Shown here piece by piece: positions 28,401-37,165 of a stretch of DNA of 64,000 nucleotides. The DNA lies in assembly GCF_048594475.1 (NCBI RefSeq), contig NZ_JBMDXT010000162.1, forward strand, positions 2,093-66,092. The letters run 5' to 3'. The translations under genes and the position numbers were made by a program. Below the pieces are notes generated by a model, which was not told where the DNA came from, made no database searches, and saw only the letters and a program-made list of their open reading frames with translations. This DNA comes from Nakamurella sp. GTDB lineage: Bacteria; Actinomycetota; Actinomycetes; Mycobacteriales; Nakamurellaceae. Each line of letters starts with the position of its first letter. The first letter of the stretch is position 1.

Positions 28401-29270
28401 GTGACCGGACCGACCGGCTCGGCCGTCCTGCCGCCCGACCGGCAGGGCAGCCCGGGGTCGCTGATCGTGTCGTTCGCCGGGTCGTACCTGCGGCAGATCG
28501 GCGGCGAGATCGCCGTCGCCGACCTGATCCGGTGCCTGGCCGGGGTCGGCCTCGGTGATGCGGCCACCCGGCAGGCGCTCAGCCGGCTCAAGGCCCGCGG
28601 CTTCCTGACGCCGGCCCGGGTCGGCGGGCGGGCCGGGTACCGGCTGACCGAGGCCGGGCTGGCCGACCTGCGCAGCGGCGACCGGCGGATCTTCCACCGG
28701 CCCGTGGCCCGGGAGGACGACGGCTGGGTGCTGGCCGTCTTCTCGGTACCCGAATCCGAACGGGCCCAGCGGCACCGGCTGCGCAGCGAACTGAGCTGGC
28801 TGGGGTTCGGCACGGTCGCCGCCGGGGTCTGGGCGGCACCACGGCCGCTGGCCGACCCGACCCGGGCCACCCTGACCGCCGCCGGTCTGGACCGCTACGT
28901 CACCTGGTTCGAGGCCCGCCACCTGAGCCCGGTCGACGTCGGGCAGTGGTGGGACCTGCCGGCCCTGCGCGCCGCCTACGACGGGTTCCTGGCCGCGCAC
29001 CGGGACGACCTCGCACAGACCGACCTGACCGACGAGGCCGCGTTCGCGACGTACCTGCGGGTCATCGACGCCTGGCGGGTCTTCCCGCGGATCGACCCCG
29101 GGCTGCCGGCCGCGCTGCTGCCCGCCGGCTGGCCCGCGGCCGACGCCTGGACGACGTTCTCGGGCCTGCACGACCGGTGGGCCGACCGCGGTCTGGTGTT
29201 CGTCCGGTCCGTCATCGGTGCCCCCGGCCGGTCGCACACGGCCGCACTGCGGCCCGGTCGTTCTCGGTGA
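28401..29270 (+). CDS. PaaX-family transcriptional regulator
   Basis: ORF 28401-29270 (GTG), 9 nt after kynU. Motifs: LIVSFAGSYL, TRQALSRLKARGFL, WVLAVFSVPESERAQRHRLRSELSWLGFG. Confidence 0.85.
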   Translation: MTGPTGSAVLPPDRQGSPGSLIVSFAGSYLRQIGGEIAVADLIRCLAGVGLGDAATRQALSRLKARGFLTPARVGGRAGYRLTEAGLADLRSGDRRIFHRPVAREDDGWVLAVFSVPESERAQRHRLRSELSWLGFGTVAAGVWAAPRPLADPTRATLTAAGLDRYVTWFEARHLSPVDVGQWWDLPALRAAYDGFLAAHRDDLAQTDLTDEAAFATYLRVIDAWRVFPRIDPGLPAALLPAGWPAADAWTTFSGLHDRWADRGLVFVRSVIGAPGRSHTAALRPGRSR

Positions 29271-29316
29271 CAGCGGGCCCGGTCACGCCACCGGGGTAGG
29301 GCGAGATCGCCGTCGG

Positions 29317-29916
29317 TCATTCCCTCGGGAGCTGGAGGTCGGCCGTCGCCGAACCGGTCTCCGGCACTGAGATCTCGACCGATCTCTGCTGATACCCGTT
29401 GGCGGTGACGGTCAGGCGGTATCGCCCCATCGGCAGGACCCAGCTGTAGCGCCCCTGGTCGTCGGTGAACACGGCGACTTCGGGTATCGCCGTCGATGGG
29501 GTATCGAGCGACGTGGGAGTGACCAACGCTCCCGTCACCGGGCGCCCGTCCTGGTCGGTGACTGCGCCGTCCACACTCCGAGCCTGCGCCGTTCCCAACG
29601 CACCGACCGCGCCATCAGTCGACACCGGAGCGTCCTCACCGCCCGTCGGCCGCACGCTTCCCGCGGCGGCACTCGATGCCGCGCGATCACCGGAGGAGCC
29701 GATGCCGGACGCCGAGCCGGGCGGCTGTCCCACCGGATCGCGTCCCTCCCCGTCGCTCGACCCGGTCGCCCCGCTCGACGCGGCGCCACGTGCGGTCGAC
29801 TGCCGGGTGTCCCCACCGGCCCCGGGGCTCACGGTCTGCGCGCATCCGCTCGCCAGGACACCGGTCATGACGCCCAGCCCGATCCACAGAACCATTCGAT
29901 TTCTTCGCATCATCAT
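29317..29916 (-). CDS. Lipoprotein with C-terminal carboxypeptidase-regulatory-like beta-sandwich
   Basis: Three ATGs at 29916/29913/29910 after GAAAGG. Lipobox LASGC. Ser/Gly-rich linker. GAVTDQDGRPVTGALV...DDQGRYSWVLPMGRYRLTVTANGY. Confidence 0.75.
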   Translation of the reverse strand: MMMRRNRMVLWIGLGVMTGVLASGCAQTVSPGAGGDTRQSTARGAASSGATGSSDGEGRDPVGQPPGSASGIGSSGDRAASSAAAGSVRPTGGEDAPVSTDGAVGALGTAQARSVDGAVTDQDGRPVTGALVTPTSLDTPSTAIPEVAVFTDDQGRYSWVLPMGRYRLTVTANGYQQRSVEISVPETGSATADLQLPRE

Positions 29917-30168
29917 CCTTTCTGCAGAACCCGGACCTTTTGACCTCAGGACGGTTGACGACCGATTGACGGTTGCACGAACCGGGGACGGACTCCGCTT
30001 GGATCGCCGGTCACCCGGGTGGGCATCAAGGGTCCGCACGGTCCGAATCCCGCGGGAGGTCGACGCCTCCCTGAACCGACATCGCGCTCCGTGGGCGACC
30101 ACAGCACAGCGGACGGAGGCCTGCGCCCCCCGGGGCCGGCCTCCGTCCGTCCTGACTCCCCCATCCGT

Positions 30169-31143
30169 TCAGGCGGCGTTGCGCCAGCTGATGAGGTTGT
30201 TGAACACCGGCTCGGTGATGCGCGTGCCGTGATTGTTGGTACTGTGCGGCGAGCTCCCGTGGACGCCATAGGCGTGGATGGCCATCGAGCATTGGCCGAC
30301 GCAGAACGACGATCCGGCCGCCCGGTTCTGGTACACCGGCGATCCACTCATCCCACCGATGGTGTCGTTCTGGTAGAAGATCTGCCGATCCTGCGTGACC
30401 CGGACCTGATCGGTCGAACGCCACAGGGTGCCGAATGCCTTGTCACCGGGGTAGCCGGAAATCGTCGTCGGCAGGCCGGTCAGCGAGGCCGACTGCCACC
30501 AGAAGCCGAACCAGCCGGTCGAGTTGCCGACGGTGCAGTTCAGCTTGAGAGCACCGTAATCGTAGCGCTCGTCACCACTGCTGACCCACCCGCTGACGCT
30601 GTGCAGACGCCTCGCGGTGCAGGAACCGTAAGGAATCGATGCGCCGTTCCGTCCGGGGTACACCCGGAATGTCCCGCCGTAGAAGGCACCGGTGCCGCCC
30701 GGCGCCACGCAGTGACCGGCGGTGGCGACGGTGTTGGAATTGATCATCCAGCCCGTGCACCAACCGTTTCCGTCCCGGGTGATATGGACGATCGCCCGGT
30801 ACGGAAAGCTCGTCGTGGCCGTGATCTGCACCCGGTTGTCCGCCCCGATGACGGATTCCTGGCCATTCTCGGCATGCTCGACGGTGGTGCCGCTTTCGGC
30901 CGGCGGAGCACTCTCCGTGCCCTTCACGGTCACTCCCGTACCGGCGAAGGAGTTGACGCCACGGAGATTGGTGCTGAATTCGGGTGCGGTCGAGGTGGAG
31001 CCGTCACTCGCGACGGCCGTGTTCGGGTCGTTGCTCGGCTTCGGCTTCGAGCCGGCCGATGCCGGGCTCACCGTCATGACCAAGGCGGCACAGACGGTGA
31101 TCGCGGCGGTGGCCGCCGCGGTGATCGTGCGCAATCGCTTCAT
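30169..31143 (-). CDS. Secreted trypsin-fold serine protease (S1, Glu-endopeptidase-like)
   Basis: Signal peptide ending PASA. Catalytic triad contexts: TAGHC, DYGALKL, GGMSGSP. Confidence 0.9.
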   Translation of the reverse strand: MKRLRTITAAATAAITVCAALVMTVSPASAGSKPKPSNDPNTAVASDGSTSTAPEFSTNLRGVNSFAGTGVTVKGTESAPPAESGTTVEHAENGQESVIGADNRVQITATTSFPYRAIVHITRDGNGWCTGWMINSNTVATAGHCVAPGGTGAFYGGTFRVYPGRNGASIPYGSCTARRLHSVSGWVSSGDERYDYGALKLNCTVGNSTGWFGFWWQSASLTGLPTTISGYPGDKAFGTLWRSTDQVRVTQDRQIFYQNDTIGGMSGSPVYQNRAAGSSFCVGQCSMAIHAYGVHGSSPHSTNNHGTRITEPVFNNLISWRNAA

Positions 31144-31377
31144 CGCTCGTCAACTCCGATAGTAGGTTTCTGCACAGATTGGGAGATCATCGGACCTGGC
31201 GGTGCGCCGGTCCGGGGCACCGAGCCCGGCCCGGCGGTGACGTTCACCGGGCTGCGCCTGTCCCGCGAAGGGGCGCGGCGGCCCACGGGACGCCACCACG
31301 GGGCGGTGAGACTTCGTCATCTGGTGTCCGATCCATCAGTTCAGTGCCGGTCATCGACCGGCCACCCCTCACTCGTC

Positions 31378-31416
31378 GGCCTGCGCCGGTCGTCCGTCGC
31401 GCCCTGGGCGCAGGCC
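31378..31416 (-). terminator. 10-bp perfect inverted repeat GGCCTGCGCC-N19-GGCGCAGGCC
   Basis: Read directly about 65-105 nt downstream of the stop of the 357-aa gene (minus strand). A second hairpin, CCGGGCC/GGCCCGG, lies closer to the stop. Confidence 0.35.
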
Positions 31417-31481
31417 GGTTCGGGGCAGGTCGTCTCACCGATGCGCCGGGCCGAAGGGCGCAGGCCCGGGACCGGAATTCC

Positions 31482-32555
31482 CTATGCCTGGCTCGTCCCG
31501 GCCGAGTCGTCGCTCGGCAAGGTGGCGTACTGCATGTCCGGAACGTCGGCGACCTTCGCCATGGTGTTGATGCTGACGTGCGGCCACTTGATGCGACCCG
31601 GTCCACCGTCGAACCGCGGGAAGAAGTCGAGTTGGACGACCTGGGCGTACTGCAACAGGAACGTCGGGCCTCCGTGCTCGTCCCGCTCGGCAAGCTCATG
31701 GATGAAGAAGGTCGCCTTCATCTCGGATGCGTTGGCCTGCTTCACGATGAACGGAATGTTCTGGATGCCGGCGGCCGGCAGCGTGGTGTCGAACTCCAGG
31801 ACGGTCGTTCGAATGATGGTGCGCCCTTGGATGGCGTCCTTCAGGAGTGCGGTCGGGTCCGTGGGGTCGAACAGACCTTTGAACGGATTGTCGTGGAAGT
31901 GCCGGTAAGGGGCGAGGTACGGGTTGGTGGGACTCTGGTCCACGCCCATGGGCAGTGCATTGATGAACGGGATGGTGGCCGCGCCGTCAACGGTGGACGC
32001 CGTCCCCAGGCCCAGAGCGGCGTCCCCGTGCGGAATCGTGGCCAGTCGCGCGATGTCGGGACCACCCTCGCCATTGGGATCGGACATGTTGAGGAACAGG
32101 CCGGGTTCATGGTGGATCGCCAGTCCCGGGCCGCCGGCCAGGCCGCTGTCCGGGAAGTCTTCAGCGGCGATCTGCGAGATCGACTGCTCGTAGTCGAGAG
32201 TGACGACGACCTGATCGCTGTTGACGGTGCTCGGCGAGGTTCCACGGACGCCGCGGTTGGGCACGGCCTTGTCGACGAGATTGAACTTCAGCTCCTCGTT
32301 GAACTGGTTCAGCAGCAGCCGGAACCCCGGCCGTGAACCTGTCGATGGGTCGGCGCCCGGACCGGCCTCGGGCACGGCGACCGGCAAGGCGACCGGCAAG
32401 GCGATCATGTTCCATCCGCGGCCCGGCAGCCCGGGAAGGTTCGCCCAGACGCCCGGAAGCTCCTTGAACGGGCCAAGGTCCCTGTCCCCGGTGACGGCGG
32501 GACCGATGGTCCGGCCGCGGAGCTCGAGTTGACGTGCGAGGCTGGCGGTCAGCAT
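31482..32555 (-). CDS. Hypothetical 357-aa protein, possibly nitrobindin/lipocalin-like beta-barrel
   Basis: ATG 32555 preceded by AAGGAG-N6. LPGVWAN..GRGWNMIALP...NEELKF...LDYEQ...IHHEPGLF recalls the nitrobindin/THAP4 heme-binding barrel pattern. Assignment is tentative. Confidence 0.75.
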   Translation of the reverse strand: MLTASLARQLELRGRTIGPAVTGDRDLGPFKELPGVWANLPGLPGRGWNMIALPVALPVAVPEAGPGADPSTGSRPGFRLLLNQFNEELKFNLVDKAVPNRGVRGTSPSTVNSDQVVVTLDYEQSISQIAAEDFPDSGLAGGPGLAIHHEPGLFLNMSDPNGEGGPDIARLATIPHGDAALGLGTASTVDGAATIPFINALPMGVDQSPTNPYLAPYRHFHDNPFKGLFDPTDPTALLKDAIQGRTIIRTTVLEFDTTLPAAGIQNIPFIVKQANASEMKATFFIHELAERDEHGGPTFLLQYAQVVQLDFFPRFDGGPGRIKWPHVSINTMAKVADVPDMQYATLPSDDSAGTSQA

Positions 32556-32729
32556 GATCGACTCCTTGACGGATAAGGGATCTCGTCCCGACCGGGAATC
32601 GCTCGGCGGCTCGTCCAAGCGGCTCGATCATGGTTGGTCGAGGTGATGAATGCCGGCGACGCTCCCGGTTGCCTCATCGAGATTCGTCCTTTGGCTAGTC
32701 GGGACTCTCCAAAGATGTCGGCTTTTCGC

Positions 32730-32735
32730 TATAAT
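32730..32735 (+). promoter_or_regulatory. TATAAT -10-like hexamer upstream of the LysR gene
   Basis: Perfect TATAAT 40 nt upstream of ATG 32775, in an A+T-rich divergent spacer. No convincing -35 box seen. Confidence 0.3.
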
Positions 32736-32774
32736 GTCCAATAAAGTCCGACCAGCCTTGCGATCAGGATTCTG

Positions 32775-33701
32775 ATGGACCACTCGATCGATCTGGACCT
32801 CGTCAGGACCCTGGTCGAGGTCCACCGGACGGGGAGCATGACGGCCGCGGCGGTCCGGCTGGGGATGTCCCAGCCGGCGGTGACCGCACATGTGAGAGCG
32901 CTCGAGAAACAACTCGGTCGAGTGCTTTTCGTCCGCCAACCGCGCGGTGTGACGGCCACTCCCTTTGCGGAGATGATCGCTGGTGAGGCCACGCCGCACG
33001 TCGACGCGCTCGACCGTCTGATCTCGGCGCCGCCGCCTGACCGGGACCCGGTGGCCGGGCATGCGATCGCGATAGGCGGGCCCGCAGAGTTCTCGACGGC
33101 GTATGTCGTGCCTGCCCTTGCGCCATTGGTGGCGCGGGGTCTGAGTGTGCGCTTCACCCTCGGCCTGCCAGAGGATCTGGTGGAGTCGCTGATCGCCGGG
33201 CATATCGACCTGGCGATCCTGACGGTACCGGTGCGACGGCGGGGGGTCACGCTGACGCCGCTGTGCGACGAGGAGTTGATCTTGATCGGGGCACCGCCGA
33301 GGGCGGCGAGATTGGCGCCCCGGCTGGCGAGCAATCCCTCGGACGAGGAACTCACCGCGGAGCCGCTGATCGCCTACGGCGAGCACATGCCGTTGATCCG
33401 ACGCTATTGGAACCTGGTGTTCGGATCGCGTCCCACCGGACGCCCGGCGATGGTCGTGCCGGACTTGCGGGGCGTCCTGACCGCCGTGTCAGCCGACGCC
33501 GGAATCGCAGTTGTGCCAGCCTATCTCGGTCGGCCGGCGGTCGAGCGCGGGGAGGTCGCGCGGCTGATGTCGCCGGCGTTGGCTCCGATCAACACGCTGT
33601 CGTTGGCGGCGTCCGGCCGGGCGATGGTTCAGGCGCACACCGCGGTTGTTCATTCGTTCCTGACCCAGGCAGGGCGCACGTGGGGAACGGCGACCGACTG
33701 A
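32775..33701 (+). CDS. LysR-family transcriptional regulator
   Basis: HTH LVRTLVEVHRTGSMTAAAVRLGMSQPAVTAHVRALEKQLG plus a LysR substrate-binding domain. Divergent from the 357-aa gene. Confidence 0.9.
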   Translation: MDHSIDLDLVRTLVEVHRTGSMTAAAVRLGMSQPAVTAHVRALEKQLGRVLFVRQPRGVTATPFAEMIAGEATPHVDALDRLISAPPPDRDPVAGHAIAIGGPAEFSTAYVVPALAPLVARGLSVRFTLGLPEDLVESLIAGHIDLAILTVPVRRRGVTLTPLCDEELILIGAPPRAARLAPRLASNPSDEELTAEPLIAYGEHMPLIRRYWNLVFGSRPTGRPAMVVPDLRGVLTAVSADAGIAVVPAYLGRPAVERGEVARLMSPALAPINTLSLAASGRAMVQAHTAVVHSFLTQAGRTWGTATD

Positions 33702-33713
33702 GCCTCGCCGCGC

Positions 33714-34289
33714 TCAGCTCAGCGGCAGACTGCCTCGGGAACGGGCGTCCGGATCGTCCGCCCGGTCGTCGAGAACGGCGAGGATCGCGTCGGCGAACAC
33801 GTCCGAGTCATCCGGCCGACGGCTCGTCACGATGGGTCCGTCCCTGACCACCGGCGCATCGACCCACACCCCGCCCGCGTTGCGGACATCGGTCCGAACT
33901 GACGCCCATCCGGTGAGGCGGCGGCCGCGAACGGCGTCGGCTTCGACGAGCAGCCACGGACCGTGGCAGATCGCCGCCACCGGACGATCCGCGGCGATCA
34001 TCGCGCGAAGGAATGCCATGACCCCGCGATCGATGCGGAGGCGGTCCGGCGAGTGACCGCCCGGGATCACCACCGCGTCGAAATCCGCCACCGTGGCCTG
34101 GGCGGCGCCGAGCGCCACCGGTACGACGTCGGCTCCATGCTTGCCGACGATCGACGAGTCCGCGACCGGGCCGACGATCACCGGCTCGTGCCCGGCGCGC
34201 CGGAGACGGTCGTAGGGGACGCCGAACTCCGTCTCGTCGAATCCGTCGGTCATGAGGAATGCCACGCGCCTGGCCCTGCGTCCGGTCAT
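33714..34289 (-). CDS. DJ-1/PfpI-family protein (Cys-His nucleophile elbow present)
   Basis: VAFLMTDGFDETE, VVIPGGHSPD, nucleophile elbow AAICHGPWLL. ATGA overlap with the upstream HAD gene. Confidence 0.9.
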   Translation of the reverse strand: MTGRRARRVAFLMTDGFDETEFGVPYDRLRRAGHEPVIVGPVADSSIVGKHGADVVPVALGAAQATVADFDAVVIPGGHSPDRLRIDRGVMAFLRAMIAADRPVAAICHGPWLLVEADAVRGRRLTGWASVRTDVRNAGGVWVDAPVVRDGPIVTSRRPDDSDVFADAILAVLDDRADDPDARSRGSLPLS

Positions 34290-35044
34290 GTCCGGCTCCC
34301 GAGGTCCAGCCGGCGGGCGGCCTGCTCGATCGACAGCGGTGTCACGCCCATCGTCCGGGCCTGGATCCGATGCTCCGTCGTTGAATATCCCCAGCCCGCC
34401 CAGGAGGATCCGTAGCCGGCCCCCCGCGCGTCGAACACGTTGTCCAGGCTGTCGTCCACGAGGTGGACGCGATCGCGTTCGACCTCTTCACGGGTGGCGA
34501 TGGCGGCCAAAGCGCCCAGCTTTTCGGTCCGGTCGCCGAAGACGCGGTCGGGGTCAATCTCGACGTCGAATGATCCGATCAGGTCCACCACCGACCTGAC
34601 ATCGCGGGCGGTCACGATGTAGCCGCTCCGGGCGACGGTTTCGACAAGAGGTCGAACACCGCGGTACACCTGGTGCAGGGCGAGCCACGACTCCGGTCGA
34701 TTCCGCCTGATCTGTCCTCGATAGTCGGTGACGCGGCCGATGAAGCCGGCGATCTCGCGTTCCGGGATCGTCCGGTAGACCGCGTCGAAATCCCGCCGGC
34801 TGGTGATGGTCCCGGAGGATCGGACGGCGACGAGAAAGTGCCCGAGGCTGCGGGCGTAGCCTCGAAGCTCCCGGAATCGGCGGCGGAACGGCTCGGGGAT
34901 CGACCGGAAGGTCGACGCGTCGAAATCGAGCGGGGACCACCCGTGCTGGCCCGCCCAGCTCACGGTCGCGCACTCCCGCCGGCTGTCGCAGATCACGCCG
35001 TCGAAGTCGAGGGCCAGAACGGCATCCCTGGTCACCGGCGCCAT
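34286..35044 (-). CDS. HAD-superfamily hydrolase
   Basis: ATG 35044 within ORF 34286-35281. HAD motif I LALDFDGVICDS. Late Asp motif HLVDDSLDNV. TGATG 1-nt overlap with the upstream gene. Confidence 0.8.
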   Translation of the reverse strand: MAPVTRDAVLALDFDGVICDSRRECATVSWAGQHGWSPLDFDASTFRSIPEPFRRRFRELRGYARSLGHFLVAVRSSGTITSRRDFDAVYRTIPEREIAGFIGRVTDYRGQIRRNRPESWLALHQVYRGVRPLVETVARSGYIVTARDVRSVVDLIGSFDVEIDPDRVFGDRTEKLGALAAIATREEVERDRVHLVDDSLDNVFDARGAGYGSSWAGWGYSTTEHRIQARTMGVTPLSIEQAARRLDLGSRT

Positions 35045-35601
35045 CACGATGCGATTCTGCGGGGGGCCGTCGCGACGCGTTCCGTTTCGTGCAGGACTGC
35101 CCGCATGAACGTGCCGACGTGACCGTAGTAGGAGCACGTGATGATGTTCCCGTCCACCACCACCTCGGCGTCCTCGACCAGCGCTCCGGAATTCACCATG
35201 TCGTCGCGCAAGCCCGGGTAGGCGCACGCCCGGCGGCCCTTCATCACCCCGGCCGAGATCATGATCCACGGACCGTGGCACAGGCCGGCGACGATCTTGC
35301 CCTGCTCAGCCATCGCCCGCACGAAGGCCAGGACGGTTCGGTCCTGGCGAACGCGGTCCGGGGCCTCGTGTCCCCCGGTGAGGACGACCAGGTCGTACGT
35401 CGCCGGATCGAGGTCGTCGAACGAGATCAGTGGCGCCGCCGTCTTGTCCATGGGCAGCGGGACCCCGTACTTGCCGGCCACGGCGCCCGCGGCTTTGGTG
35501 GCCACGTCCACGTGATGGTGCGCCTCGCGCAGACGGTAGTAGGTGTAGACCACGTCGTGGTCCTGGAAACCCGGGCCGGTGATGATGACCGATCGAGTCA
35601 T
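35044..35601 (-). CDS. DJ-1/PfpI-family protein (Cys-His nucleophile elbow present)
   Basis: ATG 35601 preceded by GGAGG-N6. VVLTGGHEAPD, AGLCHGPWIM. ATGA overlap with the upstream cupin gene. Confidence 0.9.
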   Translation of the reverse strand: MTRSVIITGPGFQDHDVVYTYYRLREAHHHVDVATKAAGAVAGKYGVPLPMDKTAAPLISFDDLDPATYDLVVLTGGHEAPDRVRQDRTVLAFVRAMAEQGKIVAGLCHGPWIMISAGVMKGRRACAYPGLRDDMVNSGALVEDAEVVVDGNIITCSYYGHVGTFMRAVLHETERVATAPRRIAS

Positions 35602-36395
35602 GGGTTGCCTCCGATGGCAGATGAGGTGGACAGGTCCCGGTGTCCCGGCGCCTGGTCGGCACGGGAGCGGGTGATGGTGAGATACAGGCCGTCGTGCTCG
35701 GCCGCGGTGGGCACGAGCCACCCCGGCAGGACCACGACCGTGTGGTTCAGTGCGGTGGCGATGTCGAGCGACACGGCGAACGCCAGCTCGAGGCAGGGAC
35801 GGCTGACCAGGTCGAGGCCGGCTCTGATGGTGAACTCGAAACCGTCCAGCGATGCGTTCTTGCGCAGACGCCCGCCCGGAATGAGCGCGGACGCCTGCAG
35901 CTCCGGAATGGAGGCGAGGCGTTCGGTCTCGTACTGAGTTCCGGTGCGACCGTAGCGGTCGTGCGATCGGACGAGATCGAGTTTGTTCCTGGGCACTTCC
36001 ACCTCGATCAGGTCCAGGGCCCCGTCCCCGGCGTTCCGCGTGCCGTGGAAGACACCCGGCTCGAGAATCACGAGGTCTCCGGCCGACACCGTCTGCGCAC
36101 CCTGCAGCGTCCCGAGGTGGGCCGAGCCGGCCAGGCAGAGCAATGCGGTCAGTTTGCGCGGATGGCAATGGGTCGAGGTTGCCTCGCCCGGATCAAGGCG
36201 CAGCTTCCAGACGTCGTAGAGGTCGTCAGAATACACCCGGAACTCGTGGCCCCACGGCTTCGGGATCAAGTCGTTGAGGTAGCGGTGGTCCGGTAGGTCC
36301 ACCTGCTCGGCCCGCAGGGCCGTCGATGCGGTCCGCAGAGACGTTTGCAGAGTATCGAGGTCGCGCGGTGAGCGCGAATACCGGGTCGATCCCAT
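35598..36395 (-). CDS. Cupin-domain protein (type II mannose-6-phosphate-isomerase-like cupin)
   Basis: Last 265 codons of ORF 35598-37946. ATG 36395 follows GAAGGA. KPWGHEFRVY. Cupin motif 1 STHCHPRKLTALLCLAG. Motif 2 GDLVILEPGVFHGTRN. Confidence 0.8.
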   Translation of the reverse strand: MGSTRYSRSPRDLDTLQTSLRTASTALRAEQVDLPDHRYLNDLIPKPWGHEFRVYSDDLYDVWKLRLDPGEATSTHCHPRKLTALLCLAGSAHLGTLQGAQTVSAGDLVILEPGVFHGTRNAGDGALDLIEVEVPRNKLDLVRSHDRYGRTGTQYETERLASIPELQASALIPGGRLRKNASLDGFEFTIRAGLDLVSRPCLELAFAVSLDIATALNHTVVVLPGWLVPTAAEHDGLYLTITRSRADQAPGHRDLSTSSAIGGNP

Positions 36396-36436
36396 GTCGT
36401 TCCTTCGTGAGCGTCGGGTTTGCAACGAGCTCCGGT

Positions 36437-37105
36437 TCAGGCGGCCGCCAACCGCTCTCGGGTGTCGATGAGCAGGGACATGGCGTGTGGCACGGAAGCC
36501 GTGTTCTGCGCCGTGATGACCCCGGCGTCGGACATCACGTGCGAGAGCCAGTTCGGCCCGGCACTGTAGTGAGCGCCCGCTGCCCTGAGACGATGCTCCG
36601 TGGAATCGATCCCGATGCAGTGGTGGCCGAGGGCTCGATCCTCCGCGGAGCTGCGCCCGGTCATTCGCAGACCGGCGATCCGCGGAATGCCGTCGGGTCC
36701 GACGACCTGTGCCAATGCGGCGGCGCCTTGGTCGATGGCGACGACCGTTCGGCCGGCGGACAGGGCCCGGTCGAGCATTCGCACGAGCCGCTCGTCGGTA
36801 CGAAGGTCGACCAGAACCCCGGCACCGCCCAGGAGGACGTACGCCTCGAAGTCGCGATCGAGGTCGGGGAGCCCGACGCCGGTGGCAGCGATGTCGCGGG
36901 CACCCGACCATTCCTCCGACAAGCTCCCGGAATGCACCGGGACGGGGCCGCCCGACGGCGACGCCAGCGTCATCTCCAGCCCGGCTTCGACGAGTGATCG
37001 GTGCACCATGCCGAGTTGGGTCGCAGAGACGCCGGTGGACCCGTCGAGGTCGTGGTCGTCGCCGACGATCGAGCACGACGTCGCGACGACAAGCGTTGTC
37101 ATCAT
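36437..37105 (-). CDS. DJ-1/class-I glutamine-amidotransferase-like protein lacking the nucleophile Cys
   Basis: ATG 37105 preceded by AGGAAGG-N9. Hsp31/DJ-1-like layout (TTLVVATS.., YVLLGGAG). The elbow reads VAIDQGAAAL instead of xxxCHGP. Confidence 0.7.
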   Translation of the reverse strand: MMTTLVVATSCSIVGDDHDLDGSTGVSATQLGMVHRSLVEAGLEMTLASPSGGPVPVHSGSLSEEWSGARDIAATGVGLPDLDRDFEAYVLLGGAGVLVDLRTDERLVRMLDRALSAGRTVVAIDQGAAALAQVVGPDGIPRIAGLRMTGRSSAEDRALGHHCIGIDSTEHRLRAAGAHYSAGPNWLSHVMSDAGVITAQNTASVPHAMSLLIDTRERLAAA

Positions 37106-37165
37106 CAGCAGTTGCCTTCCTGATCGCATTCTGGTTCGGATGAACGCCCGGACCTCGTCCGAGGG

